Below are positions 46,401 through 64,000 of a DNA stretch of 64,000 nucleotides, piece by piece. The translations under genes and the position numbers were made by a program. The notes under the pieces are model-generated. The model did no database searches. It was not told the origin of the DNA and worked only from the letters and a program-made list of their open reading frames with translations. Source of the DNA: Adineta vaga (lineage: Eukaryota; Animalia; Rotifera); assembly GCA_021613535.1 (NCBI GenBank), contig CP075497.1, positions 9,362,001-9,426,000 on the forward strand, written 5' to 3'. Positions within the stretch are counted from its first letter, which is position 1. Every line of letters starts with the position of its first letter.

Positions 46401-47354
46401 TATTAAATTTATGTGTCATGTAATCATTGTGTCGAACATATTCTTTGTTTCTTTTAATGAATTTGTTCTCATCTCCTGAAATAAAATCATTTATATTCGT
46501 TTGTTTCTCGTCAACGATCATGATCAAATAGCAGCGAGATGTCGACCGTTTTGTTACTTTATAAAACTAATTCATGTTTATTTATTTTTACAAAGAGAAA
46601 AAAATAAGAGAACAGAAAAATTATCATTTTTTGATCTTTTGAAAAAGAGCAAAGCCAGCAGCACCAATTACCACACCGACACCGACACCGACAAGAAGAG
46701 CCGCTTCGATGATAAAATTCGATTGTGGTGTAGGATATATTCCACGTGATGAGTTTCCTGGTGTTGGTATAGGTGTTGCTGTTTCATCGATTGCTAACCA
46801 ATCCTAAAATACAGAAACAAATTATATATTCAACAAGGAGAGAACTAAATTCGCTAGCTAAGATATGCTTCATTAGGAGAACTAGAGGTCGTGCGTATAC
46901 GTCGCAGTTATCTTAGAAAAGATCTTAAGTAGAATGGTGAATGATCAGACGAATCATTTTCATTACGTACAGTAACCGTGCGAGAGATCTCTCGCTGGCC
47001 TTCTGATGATGATGATGAGACCGTTCGTGATTCTGATGACATTTTTTTAGAGGATATGACTTAGATGGCTGCTTTTATAGAGAGATTGTTTCATTGTATG
47101 TTTTTTGTTCTCTGTACTATCGAGACGGGTATTGTTCATGAAGACAAACTGATATGGATTCATTGTTAGAGTAGACAGAGGAAAATATACAGCGGTATCC
47201 GACGTACCAACAAGCTTTGTTACGAAATAAAGGGAGAGTGAATACGTCAGATTGTGCTCTGTACATCGTGGACGAAATAAATAGTTTCAGGTATTTAGAG
47301 TACTTTCTTTGTTTAATAGAACAAAGATTATACGAACATGTTACCAAGATAAAT

Positions 47355-47690
47355 GGTCCAGGAAAACTTGACCGATATGTTCGACCACCATTGGATTATT
47401 CAATTCTTGATGATATTGGTATGTAAACGAGACGATAAGATTTTCTTCTGGTTTAAAGAAAGATTTGTATTTAGGTCATGGTGTTCGTTTATTATCTCAA
47501 GAAAAGAAATCTTGGCATATGATTTATAGTAATAGTCTTCGACAACAACTACAATCATCAACATTACCATCATTGAAAAACAAAAATGCTAGTTTATCAA
47601 AAGCAACAGGTGTTAATTCATCTAGAATTTATGCTACATGTTCACCTCTTCAACCAGCTCCACCAGTTGTTATTCCACCAACGTTTGTAC
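47355..47690 (+). pseudogene. Abl-interactor (Abi) internal fragment
   Basis: RYVRPPLDYSILDDIG|HGVR across an intron matches the Abi motif Y.RKPIDY..LDDIGHGVK. No N-terminus or SH3 domain found nearby. Confidence 0.7.
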
Positions 47691-47749
47691 TAGTCAACAT
47701 GATCCATATAGAAATTGACAAGAAAATGCATACAATCAGATGTTATTGA

Positions 47750-49300
47750 TATTGGTGATGAACAATGAAAATGTGTATGCTACACGTCATAAGGGAATTG
47801 AAAATACGAACAATATGGATCGATATACTGGACTAATGATGGAAAATCGTGGATCAATCCTCGTTACTTAATTATTTATCATAATAGAGAAAATACTCTA
47901 GTCAAAAGGCAATTTTGCTGCTCATGCTTATATTTCTCACATGATTGACAAGATTATGATCGTATCTATCGATGGTAACAGTTCGTTTCTGATTGATTCA
48001 ATGTAATTGATTTTTTATTTGTAGTTGGTATAAACTGACAAACAAAGATGGTAAAACCGATAAAGAAGGAGGAGAACTCAATGTTTCTTGTAATTCTTTT
48101 TGAAAAATGATACAATTGGAAGTGCATTAGGTTTAGCCATGAAGAAAAAGTGTCTCTTGTACAAAGATATTGAAGATTCCTTAGGTAAGAATGAAAAATG
48201 TCACACTTCGATATCTAGAAGAAAATAAATCTCATGAGAACGAATTTTTTTTCTCAAGATTTCTTGAGACGTATGTTTATATGTATGTATGTGTGGGCGG
48301 ACTTCATGATATTTCTTTTTATTGAGAAAGTTTTCGAGATTTTTCGACCTAGTGATTATTCTTTTTTTTTATTGATATATAAGCACGAAAAAACATCTTT
48401 TTTACAGATACACCGTGTAACATGAAGTAGATTTGGAGTGATCTTTGGCACAGGCACACCAAATTCATCACATTGTTCGATTACATTTGATGATGATACT
48501 TCATTCATACTCGATTCAGCATCAATATATGGTGGCAAAGAATCATCTTCTTCATCACCTCCGATTCGTTCACAAATACAACAGTAACAGCGTGAAGTTT
48601 ATGTTGATGATGATTTACTACCATGAAGTGATTCGACTCGTAGAAAATCGAAAGAACCTTCATCCTCGACAACATTATTAACAATTGTTATACCAAAAAC
48701 GCTAATCAATTCTCCATTGTTACGAAGTATAGATTATAAGTGAAGTTTTGCCGTTACAAGTGATGATACAGAAATAGCATTTGATGCATTTAATGATTAT
48801 AAACACTAAATAATGTCACAAAAGATCATGACAACTCAGCACACGATTCTTTATTTGGTTTATCAACAATAAAAGAAACTATTGCTGCAGATGAATTTAC
48901 TCTTGGTTTCGATCCTTCACAAACACACATTAATAAAGAAATGGATGAAATTGATTTCGATAATTGTTTTAATAAATACAAATAAATGAATTAAATAAAA
49001 GTTATCGGAAAAACTTTCGAAAATATCATTTCCATCAACACATGTTCATCTAAAAGTTCGTCAAGAACTTGATTATCTCGATCGTAAAGTAAGGTAGTTT
49101 TCATTTATTTATGAATAGAATGAGAATATTTTTGTGATTGATAGGAAATTCTTCGTGTAATTGCTTATCAATCAGATTTATTGACAAAAAATGTGGTACA
49201 CGATTGAAAGATTTTGAAAATTATACGGATAGTTTACTTGTTAAAATTCTGGAATAGTGTTCAGCAATATTTCATGGAGGAATATCTTCATCAACATTAA
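47750..49300 (+). pseudogene. Rab11 family-interacting protein (C2 + FIP-RBD), decayed
   Basis: C2 end WYKLTNKDGKTDKEGGELNV, then GSALGLAMKKK, and the RBD EILRVIAYQSDLLTK/GTRLKDFENYTDSLLVKILE*CSAIF (cf. RELEDYIDNLLVRVMEETP). Stops and frameshifts throughout. Confidence 0.72.
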
Positions 49301-50112
49301 CATATTGATACTCATTACATTCACATGCTTTCACTCATTTTCATCTTTTTTCATCTACTTGCTGCTAGAGTCAACAACGCGCTTCTTTATGCTTTGTTTC
49401 TCCGGCATAGTGTCTTTCTTGATGTTAAATGAAGATCATCAACTTTCTATCTCATTCCAGAACGGACCTATCAAATACAACAATAAATGAATATTAATAA
49501 GTGCGCATGAGCATCTGTCCAGTTGTTCATAATCAGGAGCAGTTGCATGGTTCTATTGCAAAAATTAATGTTCGTTCTATGTTTACATCGTTTTTTTCTA
49601 TTATAACCTGTAAAAAAGAATCTGCTGTTCTACTTTAACGAGCCAGTGATTTCTTTTTCCTTTCTAAAATAAAATGATCCCTTTTTCTGTATATAATTTC
49701 TACTATTATTTATTCGATATCTCGCTATTATAGTTACTTTTCTTTTCTTTTCTTTTCATATGAAAATTTCTACTCCAGTTCTCTCCTTTTCCGTTTATTG
49801 AATAGTTATCATTTAAGCTTCTCTTTTCTTTAGCTTCTTTTTATATACAAATCGGAGATGTCCATCGCAATCGAACATCACCCGTTGCCGCGATGCACAT
49901 CTTGAGACAAATAGATGTTCATGTTTTTCTTGAATTTTTTTGAATGACGTTAGACGAACAGTAAGATTTTTGTAACTTAAGAAATATTTCAAATTAACAC
50001 CTCGATTGATCATCAATGGCATTAACTTATTTCTATTTTATTTAAACAATCTGCTTGAGCGTGAGGTATGGAAGGGGAACGATTTAAACTTCAAAATGAG
50101 TATCATCAACGA

Positions 50113-50392
50113 CGTGTGGGTTCACTTCTTATACTACATACATTTATTCTAATTCTTATAAAAGCTTAGAAATTGCAGTCCAAATGACTTCTTTTTCTCA
50201 CGTTTCATTTCGCTGATTGTTATGAGAGACAAATAAATTAAAATTTACTCAACAAAGAATGAAATTCAAATCTATAAATAAACAAGAATAAAAAGTATTG
50301 AGTATTTCGATGCAAGATCCATTATTTATTGAAGAAAAATAAGCATTTCTTATACTCGAAGAAATCATCTAAGGATTGACATTCGGAAAGAT
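50113..50392. repeat. Third, more diverged copy of the ~290 bp repeat that opens both segmental duplicates
   Basis: Shared colinear blocks AATTCTTATAAAA.C.TAGAAATT, TTGTTATGAGAGAC, AATTTACTCAAC, CAAGAATAAAAAGTA.TGAGTAT and AAGGATTGACATTCGGA. It begins at GTGTGGG. Confidence 0.88.
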
Positions 50393-51248
50393 ACTTTTTA
50401 ATTAGAGATATTCGTAATTCATATTGATATGCACTAGTTTCGACTACTCACCCTCTCTTATCTTGATTTAAACGATATTCAATACAAATGATAGATAAAT
50501 TATTCTAAAACGAAGTGAAAAATCCATTCTTTTATCACAATATTAGTCATAATGATAGACATGTTGCAAAAATATATTGTATTTATTCATTTGATCATTT
50601 TCTAATGTTTCATTGTTGTATTGGAAACGTCAGAAAAAGAACTATTAACAAAATACCGGAATCGAAGAGCGAACGAAACTATGCATTATTCTGAAATAAT
50701 AAATGGAAAAAACCGACCTTCTCAGTGTCTGTCTGATTTATTGCTAAGCTATTGCGAAATTCGAATTGTTCTGTATATAATATGTATTACAGTGTTGTTG
50801 ATAGAGGCCGCTACACCACAGAAAAAGGAAAAAACTTTTCTATATTCATGATTCATTGCAAAAGTATACCTTTTCTTTTTTCTGTAAATTTTAGCTTTCT
50901 GCTGTAAACTATAAAGTACTTCACTGTGTAGACATAAACACGTACATTTATATTTTGTTTTTCATCAGTTTGTTGTCGACGCAGAGAGACCGAGTATCTT
51001 AAGTTTATAATCATGAATAGATAGTAAATATTATAAAAACTCCCTGTAAACCATTCATTTTCTTCGGTAGTAATTTGAAACGATGATGAAATAACTCTTT
51101 CGTCAGATTCCTTCATGTTGGAATAAAATTCGTTTCTTTCAATTCTTGTTTTTTTCCGAGAAATTTCCTCGTTTACTCATTGTCAATATATAGAAAGAGT
51201 TACATGTTTACTTCTAATTTTTTTAATCTAGAAGAAAAAACAACAAGA

Positions 51249-54520
<3,272 letters not shown>

Positions 54521-55619
54521 GTTAATCGGGAAAGAATATTTATTATGTTCTTATTCATAATCGTTGTGATAACTTTTTTGTATTTGTTTTGATAATTAGA
54601 ATAACTCGAGTTTTTATTTGTGCAAAAAGATTTTTTATACACAATAGTTTTCTACAAAATAAAAAAGGTGCTTAATTCAGAATGAAATTTGTTATTGCTC
54701 TTCACATTTATCTCTTGAATCTGAAACTTGATGTACTATCTGAACGCAATGAACTTTTTAGACGTATGTTTACTCTTATCGTTATATATACTTTTTCGGA
54801 AGAACATTGCACGCTTTTTATTCTTGTTTCGTTGTATGTCATAATATGATTTAATCCTTAATCGATGAACGAAACAATAGCAGTTACCTATATCGTGATT
54901 ACTTCATTAGATTTAAGCATATTCATATGAATGAATTATAGAATGTGTGCGATTTTACTATCTTTTCAATGAATATTCTCCAGATTCATCAATTTAGTGT
55001 TTCAATTCTTTCTGTTAAACTAAAACTTGTGAGTATTGTTATTGACATCTAGTATTTTAGTTAGTGACTATATCAATAGAGCTTCAAATCAATATTGACT
55101 TGGTCATCTTTTGGGAAATCAAGATTATCTATATATAAATATATGTATATATGAATGAAAAGAAGAAGTCGATGATTTAGCGCCATCTAACGTTGTATTC
55201 TACATGAGTAGATACGGAGGTCTTTAATCATCGAATATGTTGTATTCGTTCAATGAACGTTAGAGAAGAACATATATTGATCGAGTCGAGTTGTTCTGTA
55301 TGATGATCAATTCTCTTCTCTTCCTATATCGATGTACATCGATCTTTTTTCATGTTCGAAATAACTCATCGTCGATAGTCAGTCATCTTACCTTCATATT
55401 CACTTTTTTCGTTCACGTTAACTGAACAAATAAGCTCTCGTCGATGTCTATGTCTACCTTACTTTTTCTCCTCCTTTCTCTTCTCTCTATTGCCTTGTTG
55501 CTATCGTTGAATTAGTCGTCAAATTGTAATATTTGTATGTGAATACATAGACAAGACAGTCTCATTTATCTTGTTTAGATCTCATTTTCGACTCGTCGTG
55601 TATATTACATTATCCGACG

Positions 55620-59215
<3,596 letters not shown>

Positions 59216-59597
59216 ATCCACCGAATAAAACCAAAGTTTCTCCTTCTTCTCAATCTCTCTTTTTTGATCTCATTTACTTTTTTAGTTTGTAATTTTACGC
59301 GAATAATAATATCGTTCTGTTTACCTATTTATATTGATGCTTTGTTGTTTGCTTGCTTGTTTTTTTCTTTTCTTTTCTCCTCTCTTCTTTATCACCTAGT
59401 ATTAGTGTTTCGTCTTTTCAGAAACAAAAAAAACACACACACACGCTCGCATTAACTTTCGCTTTTGTCTCTCAAAATAACGCGCAAATGTGCTGATAAA
59501 AGTTTATTTGTTTTATTTCGATTTCTGTATATTTTTTCCTTCTTCCGTTTGAAATCAAAATAAAGAAATTCTAAATTAATTTATCTTCAGATGTTTT

Positions 59598-59822
59598 CTA
59601 GACTTGAGAAGATGATAAACGATCGAGTAAACGTAATTTTGTAAGAATTGATCGACTTAGATCAGTATTTAAATGTCCGAGATTTTCTTCAATTGTTTGA
59701 ATATTAATTTTCTTATCATTGATTTCATATTTCAATGTTTTCATGAGATTGAAAAGAAAAAAACTACCAAATACCGAAGTCAAGGTTAATATTGATATGG
59801 TGAAATCTATCGTAGATGGCAT
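59598..59822 (-). CDS. Putative 74-aa single-TM microprotein with a short coiled coil
   Basis: ATG-initiated intact ORF with a hydrophobic N-terminal segment followed by a heptad-like region. It sits head-to-head with GST, 93 bp apart. No family recognised. Confidence 0.4.
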   Translation of the reverse strand: MPSTIDFTISILTLTSVFGSFFLFNLMKTLKYEINDKKINIQTIEENLGHLNTDLSRSILTKLRLLDRLSSSQV

Positions 59823-59915
59823 TGTAAAGGATGAGAAAACAATTCTATCGCGCTCTTTTGTAGTTATGTTTGATAAATCATTGTAAACGAAGATATCATT
59901 GGGTTTCTCTTTCAG

Positions 59916-60758
59916 ATGCCATTAGCATTTTACTACGATTTGATGTCTCAGCCCTGTCGGGCTTTGTATATCTTTCTTAAGATGACTGATATTCCATTTG
60001 AATCGAAAGAAATTGCTTTAAGAAAGTTGGAACATCAATCCGATGAATTTAGTGAAATCAATCCATTCAAAAAAGTACCTGTCATCGGTGATTCAGGTTT
60101 TCTTCTTACAGAAAGGTAAATATTCTAAGAAAACGAATAATATTGATGTTGATTTTTCAGTGTGGCAATCTTCATGTATCTTTGTGATAAATATGAAAAA
60201 CTTGATTGGTATCCAAAGGATTTGAGAGCGCGAGCACATGTTAATGAATATGCAAATTGGCAACATTCAAACTTACGTGCAAATGGTTCAATGCTCTTTC
60301 GAACTAAAGTATTATTCAATTAATTGATTTTTCCGTATATTAAATACAATATCTTTGTAGATAATCACACCACGTTTGACAAATAAAGCCACCCAATGAA
60401 CATGAATTAGAAAAATGGCATCAGCGTTGGGAAGAATCCATTTCCGATTTGGAAAATGTTTGGTTAACTCGATCATCATATTTAGGTGGTGATCATTTAA
60501 CCTTTGCTGATTTACTTGGTAAATCACATTAATCAAACATGAGATGTTCGACAATATAATTAACGTTTATATTTAGGGATTTGTGAATTGATGCAACCGA
60601 TTGCTGCAGGGTATAATTTGAATCAAGAAAAATTTCCTCGTGTTCACGATTGGATGCAACGAGTGAGAAACGAAACACAACCTTATTTTGATGAAGCACA
60701 TGCAATTCCTATGCGTATAAAAGCAGCAATAACAAAAGAGCAGAAATCAAAACTTTAA
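59916..60758 (+). CDS. Glutathione S-transferase theta class, ending in SKL; apparent +1 frameshift at ~60385
   Basis: YYDLMSQPCRALYIF, INPFKKVP, LTESVAI, WYPKDLRARA.VNEY.NWQH.NLR, GDHLTFADL..ICELMQP. Exon 3 needs one A removed from AATAAAGCC to stay open. Confidence 0.88.
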
Positions 60759-61910
60759 TTTAGATAATATCTGTTCTGTTTTGATTTTGATTGATATTTC
60801 TTGTGATGATTTTATAATTTATGATTAACAAAACAATGGATAGAAATATACGGATTTTTATTGATATGAAAAAAAGGAATCCTAAATCATTAAGATTGAC
60901 AAGTTTAAATTTCTTCTTTCGTGTGAAGAATTGAAGCAAATGGTTATATTCTCTAATTAAATCTTTCCAAACATTCTTCTATTGTCCGATTTGCTTTTGT
61001 ATTCGTTAGTTGTGAAGCTTTCTTTTTTTGACACATCTCTTTTTCTCGCGCGTTCGTCTTGTTTATGCGATAGAACGACGAGCAATGGCCATAATTGCAA
61101 TTTGATTTCTTCAATAGTTGTGTTTAGTAAGCATATATACACATTACGGTATGCAAATGGGATGCTATATGAGTGTGTTTATAGGACGAATATTAGAAAG
61201 AAATATGTATATTTGTTGTTACTAAACGTCTGTTTTTCTGAAAGCATATGGGAAGTGAAAGTATTCAGCGTTTTTTTCTCAATGGAAAAAAAAAGAAATC
61301 TTGATAAAAATAAAATGATCAATGATTGATGAATGGTTATTAACATTTGAAAAGATAGAATATTCTACTCATTTGCATAATTTGAATAATAGTCTCATAG
61401 GAAGACACTAAGAGCATTTTTGTCATCGTTCGTTCCCTTTTAACGGAAGCGATTGGGAACGAATAGGAATTATTTGAAGATCTAACCAATAAGAAATCGA
61501 TCCGTTCTGTAGATCGAGATGAAGAGAGAGAGAAAAAAAGATCGATATTCATTAAGAGAATGAGGAAAAAAAAGGTAAAAGAGAACGACGAGAGAGAGAG
61601 AGAGCGAACAAATCAAATTATCTATTGAAAAGCGATTCACACATACATATACATAGAAGCACACATCACACACATCGTCAACAGAGACGCGACAACAAGA
61701 AACACTTGATTAATTGTTCGAACGGAAATACAATCATAAAAATATATACATTTCTTTCTCTTTCTTCTCTCTCATTATTCAAATATTAAAAACTAATAAC
61801 ATATCGTTTGAAAAAAATAAAGAGACAATCTTTGGAGTTTTTTATTTCGTGGTAAGTTAATATTATAGGTTGAAAATGAAATCTATCAATTTATTTTCTA
61901 TGATTTTAGT

Positions 61911-63928
61911 ATGTTATTACCATCATCTTCGATTGAAAATTCATTATTATCAGATGAGATAATGTTATCAGCTGCCAGTACATCGAATCAACATCAACCT
62001 AATTTTTGGTTTTCTGGTAGTCCATTACCATCCTTCTTTTCCTCATCAGCGACAACAAATGGGGGAGGAGGAGGAGGAGGGATAGATAAAACTTCATATA
62101 TTCAACAACCAGCAACAAATAAAGTTCTTTTTGATTCCAGTGCATGTAGTTCAAGTTCAGGAAGTTCACCACCTCTCTCGAATGATTTTCTTCTTACACG
62201 TTCAAATCCATCAACAGCAACGACAACATTAAATCTAACTCAATTTAATTATATTCAACAGAATCATCATCATCATCCATCAGTTCTAACACCACCATCG
62301 AATAATTTTCTTCCACGAGATGATTGGTCACAAATACCTATGCCACAAACAACACTTCAAACACCTCCGCATGGCATCCACAACATACAACAAAAGGTAA
62401 AATTTTTCGAAGTCATTTATGCCATCCTATTGTATAGAGAAGAGCTTGCTCAATACTTCATTCATAGGTATATATATATATATACATACATAATATATCC
62501 ATTCATTCATCTATTCATTCCCTTTCTTAATGGTTATTCAATGATTGGAAGGATGATTTATAATATTTGTTGCCGTCGCATTACATCTGCACATTTTTCT
62601 ACATTCTCTCGCTCGTTTTTTATGTAACAGAGAACAGCATTTGACAATAGATTTCCGGTTCGTTTTCTTTTTCCCTTTTGCCTATATTATTCTAGGATAT
62701 AAAGAAACAAGCGAATGCGATCGTTATTTTTTTATATCAAGTACTATTCTAGTTTGATCTCTCAGGCAACATTTGTATGAATATGATCGCATCATTTCAG
62801 TCGATCGATCAACACCAGACGTTGCATGATTGAGAGCCAATTTGTCACACAACTAAAAATTTGTCTGTTGTTTTTTAATCGTTTTTTAACCGCATCAACA
62901 CACTTAATGGCACCAGCAGTAGGAAAAAAAATTACACGTGCTATATCTTCAATTTCCATTCATAAGGCAAAGGGGCGTGACGAGAAGATTCATCGTTTTG
63001 TTCAGTTGATCCGGATTTTCTTCGAAAAAGATTGATATAAATCGAGTTTTTTCCCTTGTAAAACGAAGAATCTATCAAGATATCGATGTGTAATGAAACG
63101 AATCATCTTATGAGAAAAAACAACGGATGACGGTAGCAATAAACTATATGAATGATATAAGGATAGGCAGAGAAAGCCGCTTCCGTCGATAATGTCATTC
63201 GTTGTCAATGAAGCATTCTCTTTAATTTTCATTGATTTTACAAAAAAAAATGTTGTACATATACATCATTAAGAAAGAAATATCGGACATCATTGTCATT
63301 TTGAACACGAATAATCTATCATTGAAGAAAAAGAAAATTGAAATGAAGATTTCTTTTCTATAATGATGATCATCTAATTGATAATTATATACATATGATG
63401 ATCGATCGAAAAGTGATTTTGCCGGTATGTTCGTGAAATTGTCATCATAGATCGTGAGATCAATTCAAAAGCGCATTCATTTGAAAAGAAAATAAGAGAA
63501 GATCACAATAAACAATGGCATCATCAAGGAGCACGTCAATCGTTTTAATCATTTGTTTTGACTTTGAGTTCGGAGTTCTTTTCCTTCTCTCAAGTGTGTT
63601 TACAATACATATGCACACGAAAGGTTATTAATAAGCCGTTACTTCTGATTGCTTTCTTTGATAAACAAATCAAGTCTCATGAAGAAAAAAAAAGGAAGAA
63701 CATATCTTTTTAGGTGTGCCTATGGATAATGCTCAAGTTACACATTATTCAAGTATAATCAATGGAAATGAATCAACAAAAGATATGAAACGAAAAAGTA
63801 GTCGACCAACATTTACTGGACATCAAATTTTTGCATTAGAAAAAATGTTTGAAAATACGAAATATTTAGCGGGCACCGAAAGATCACGACTTGCTTGTCA
63901 ATTATCAATGAGTGAAGCACAAGTGAAG
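61911..63928 (+). CDS. NKX6: NK6-class homeobox gene, 3' end outside the window
   Basis: [47 protein letters not shown]|gt matches the Nkx6/HGTX homeodomain. The S/G/H-rich exon 1 ends in phase 0 while the homeobox exon starts in phase 1, so an intervening exon is unresolved. Confidence 0.88.
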
Positions 63929-64000
63929 GTAAGAAAACTCGTGATTTCTTCTCTTGTATATTAAGTATGATAATTTGCTGTTTGTTTTTCTTATTCACTT

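Larger units (their letters stand above)
43049..46825. repeat. Segmental duplication, copy B
   Basis: Counterpart of 39691-42650. It retains extra ATPase sequence (NVPEGLL; [18 protein letters not shown]) and carries a 510-bp insertion. Confidence 0.93.

Noticed and set aside
46981-47040. Palindrome CGAGAGATCTCTCG plus CTGATGA as a hammerhead ribozyme
   Set aside because: No downstream GAAA core or supporting stems; the CTGATGA is part of a (GAT)n microsatellite.

Overview
AT-rich, intron-dense animal genomic DNA with many ~50-60 nt GT-AG introns. The gene content, the intron style and TGTGGG/TGAGGG telomere-like motifs point to a bdelloid rotifer (inference). Most entries in the ORF track are single exons or noise, so I built the gene models by hand. 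Gene order: F-box gene with 21 tandem LRR-module exons and a hypervariable concave face (531-4252); a gene-poor stretch; a minus-strand block of CHD1L/ALC1 (with an apparent C-terminal BRCT), APLF, HGSNAT, a Tim17 pseudogene, ARIH2 and a coiled-coil gene aligning to SYCP1; sulfiredoxin; C1orf43/NICE-3-like; PIG-U; XPR1; cullin-1; a ~10.7 kb zone of broken host-gene fragments (two Na+/K+-ATPase alpha copies, one carrying a hAT-type MITE, plus Abi and Rab11-FIP) punctuated by a ~290 bp repeat that starts at telomere-like motifs; a divergent, frameshifted cullin-1 paralogue; WDR47; a small TM ORF; GST-theta; and Nkx6, cut by the window end. Best leads: (1) the modular, diversifying F-box-LRR receptor; (2) a candidate SYCP1 in a probably asexual lineage; (3) the tightly linked APLF and ALC1-BRCT PAR-reader pair, possibly an operon; (4) telomere-seeded gene-fragment duplications. 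Homology calls come from remembered family motifs, not database searches.
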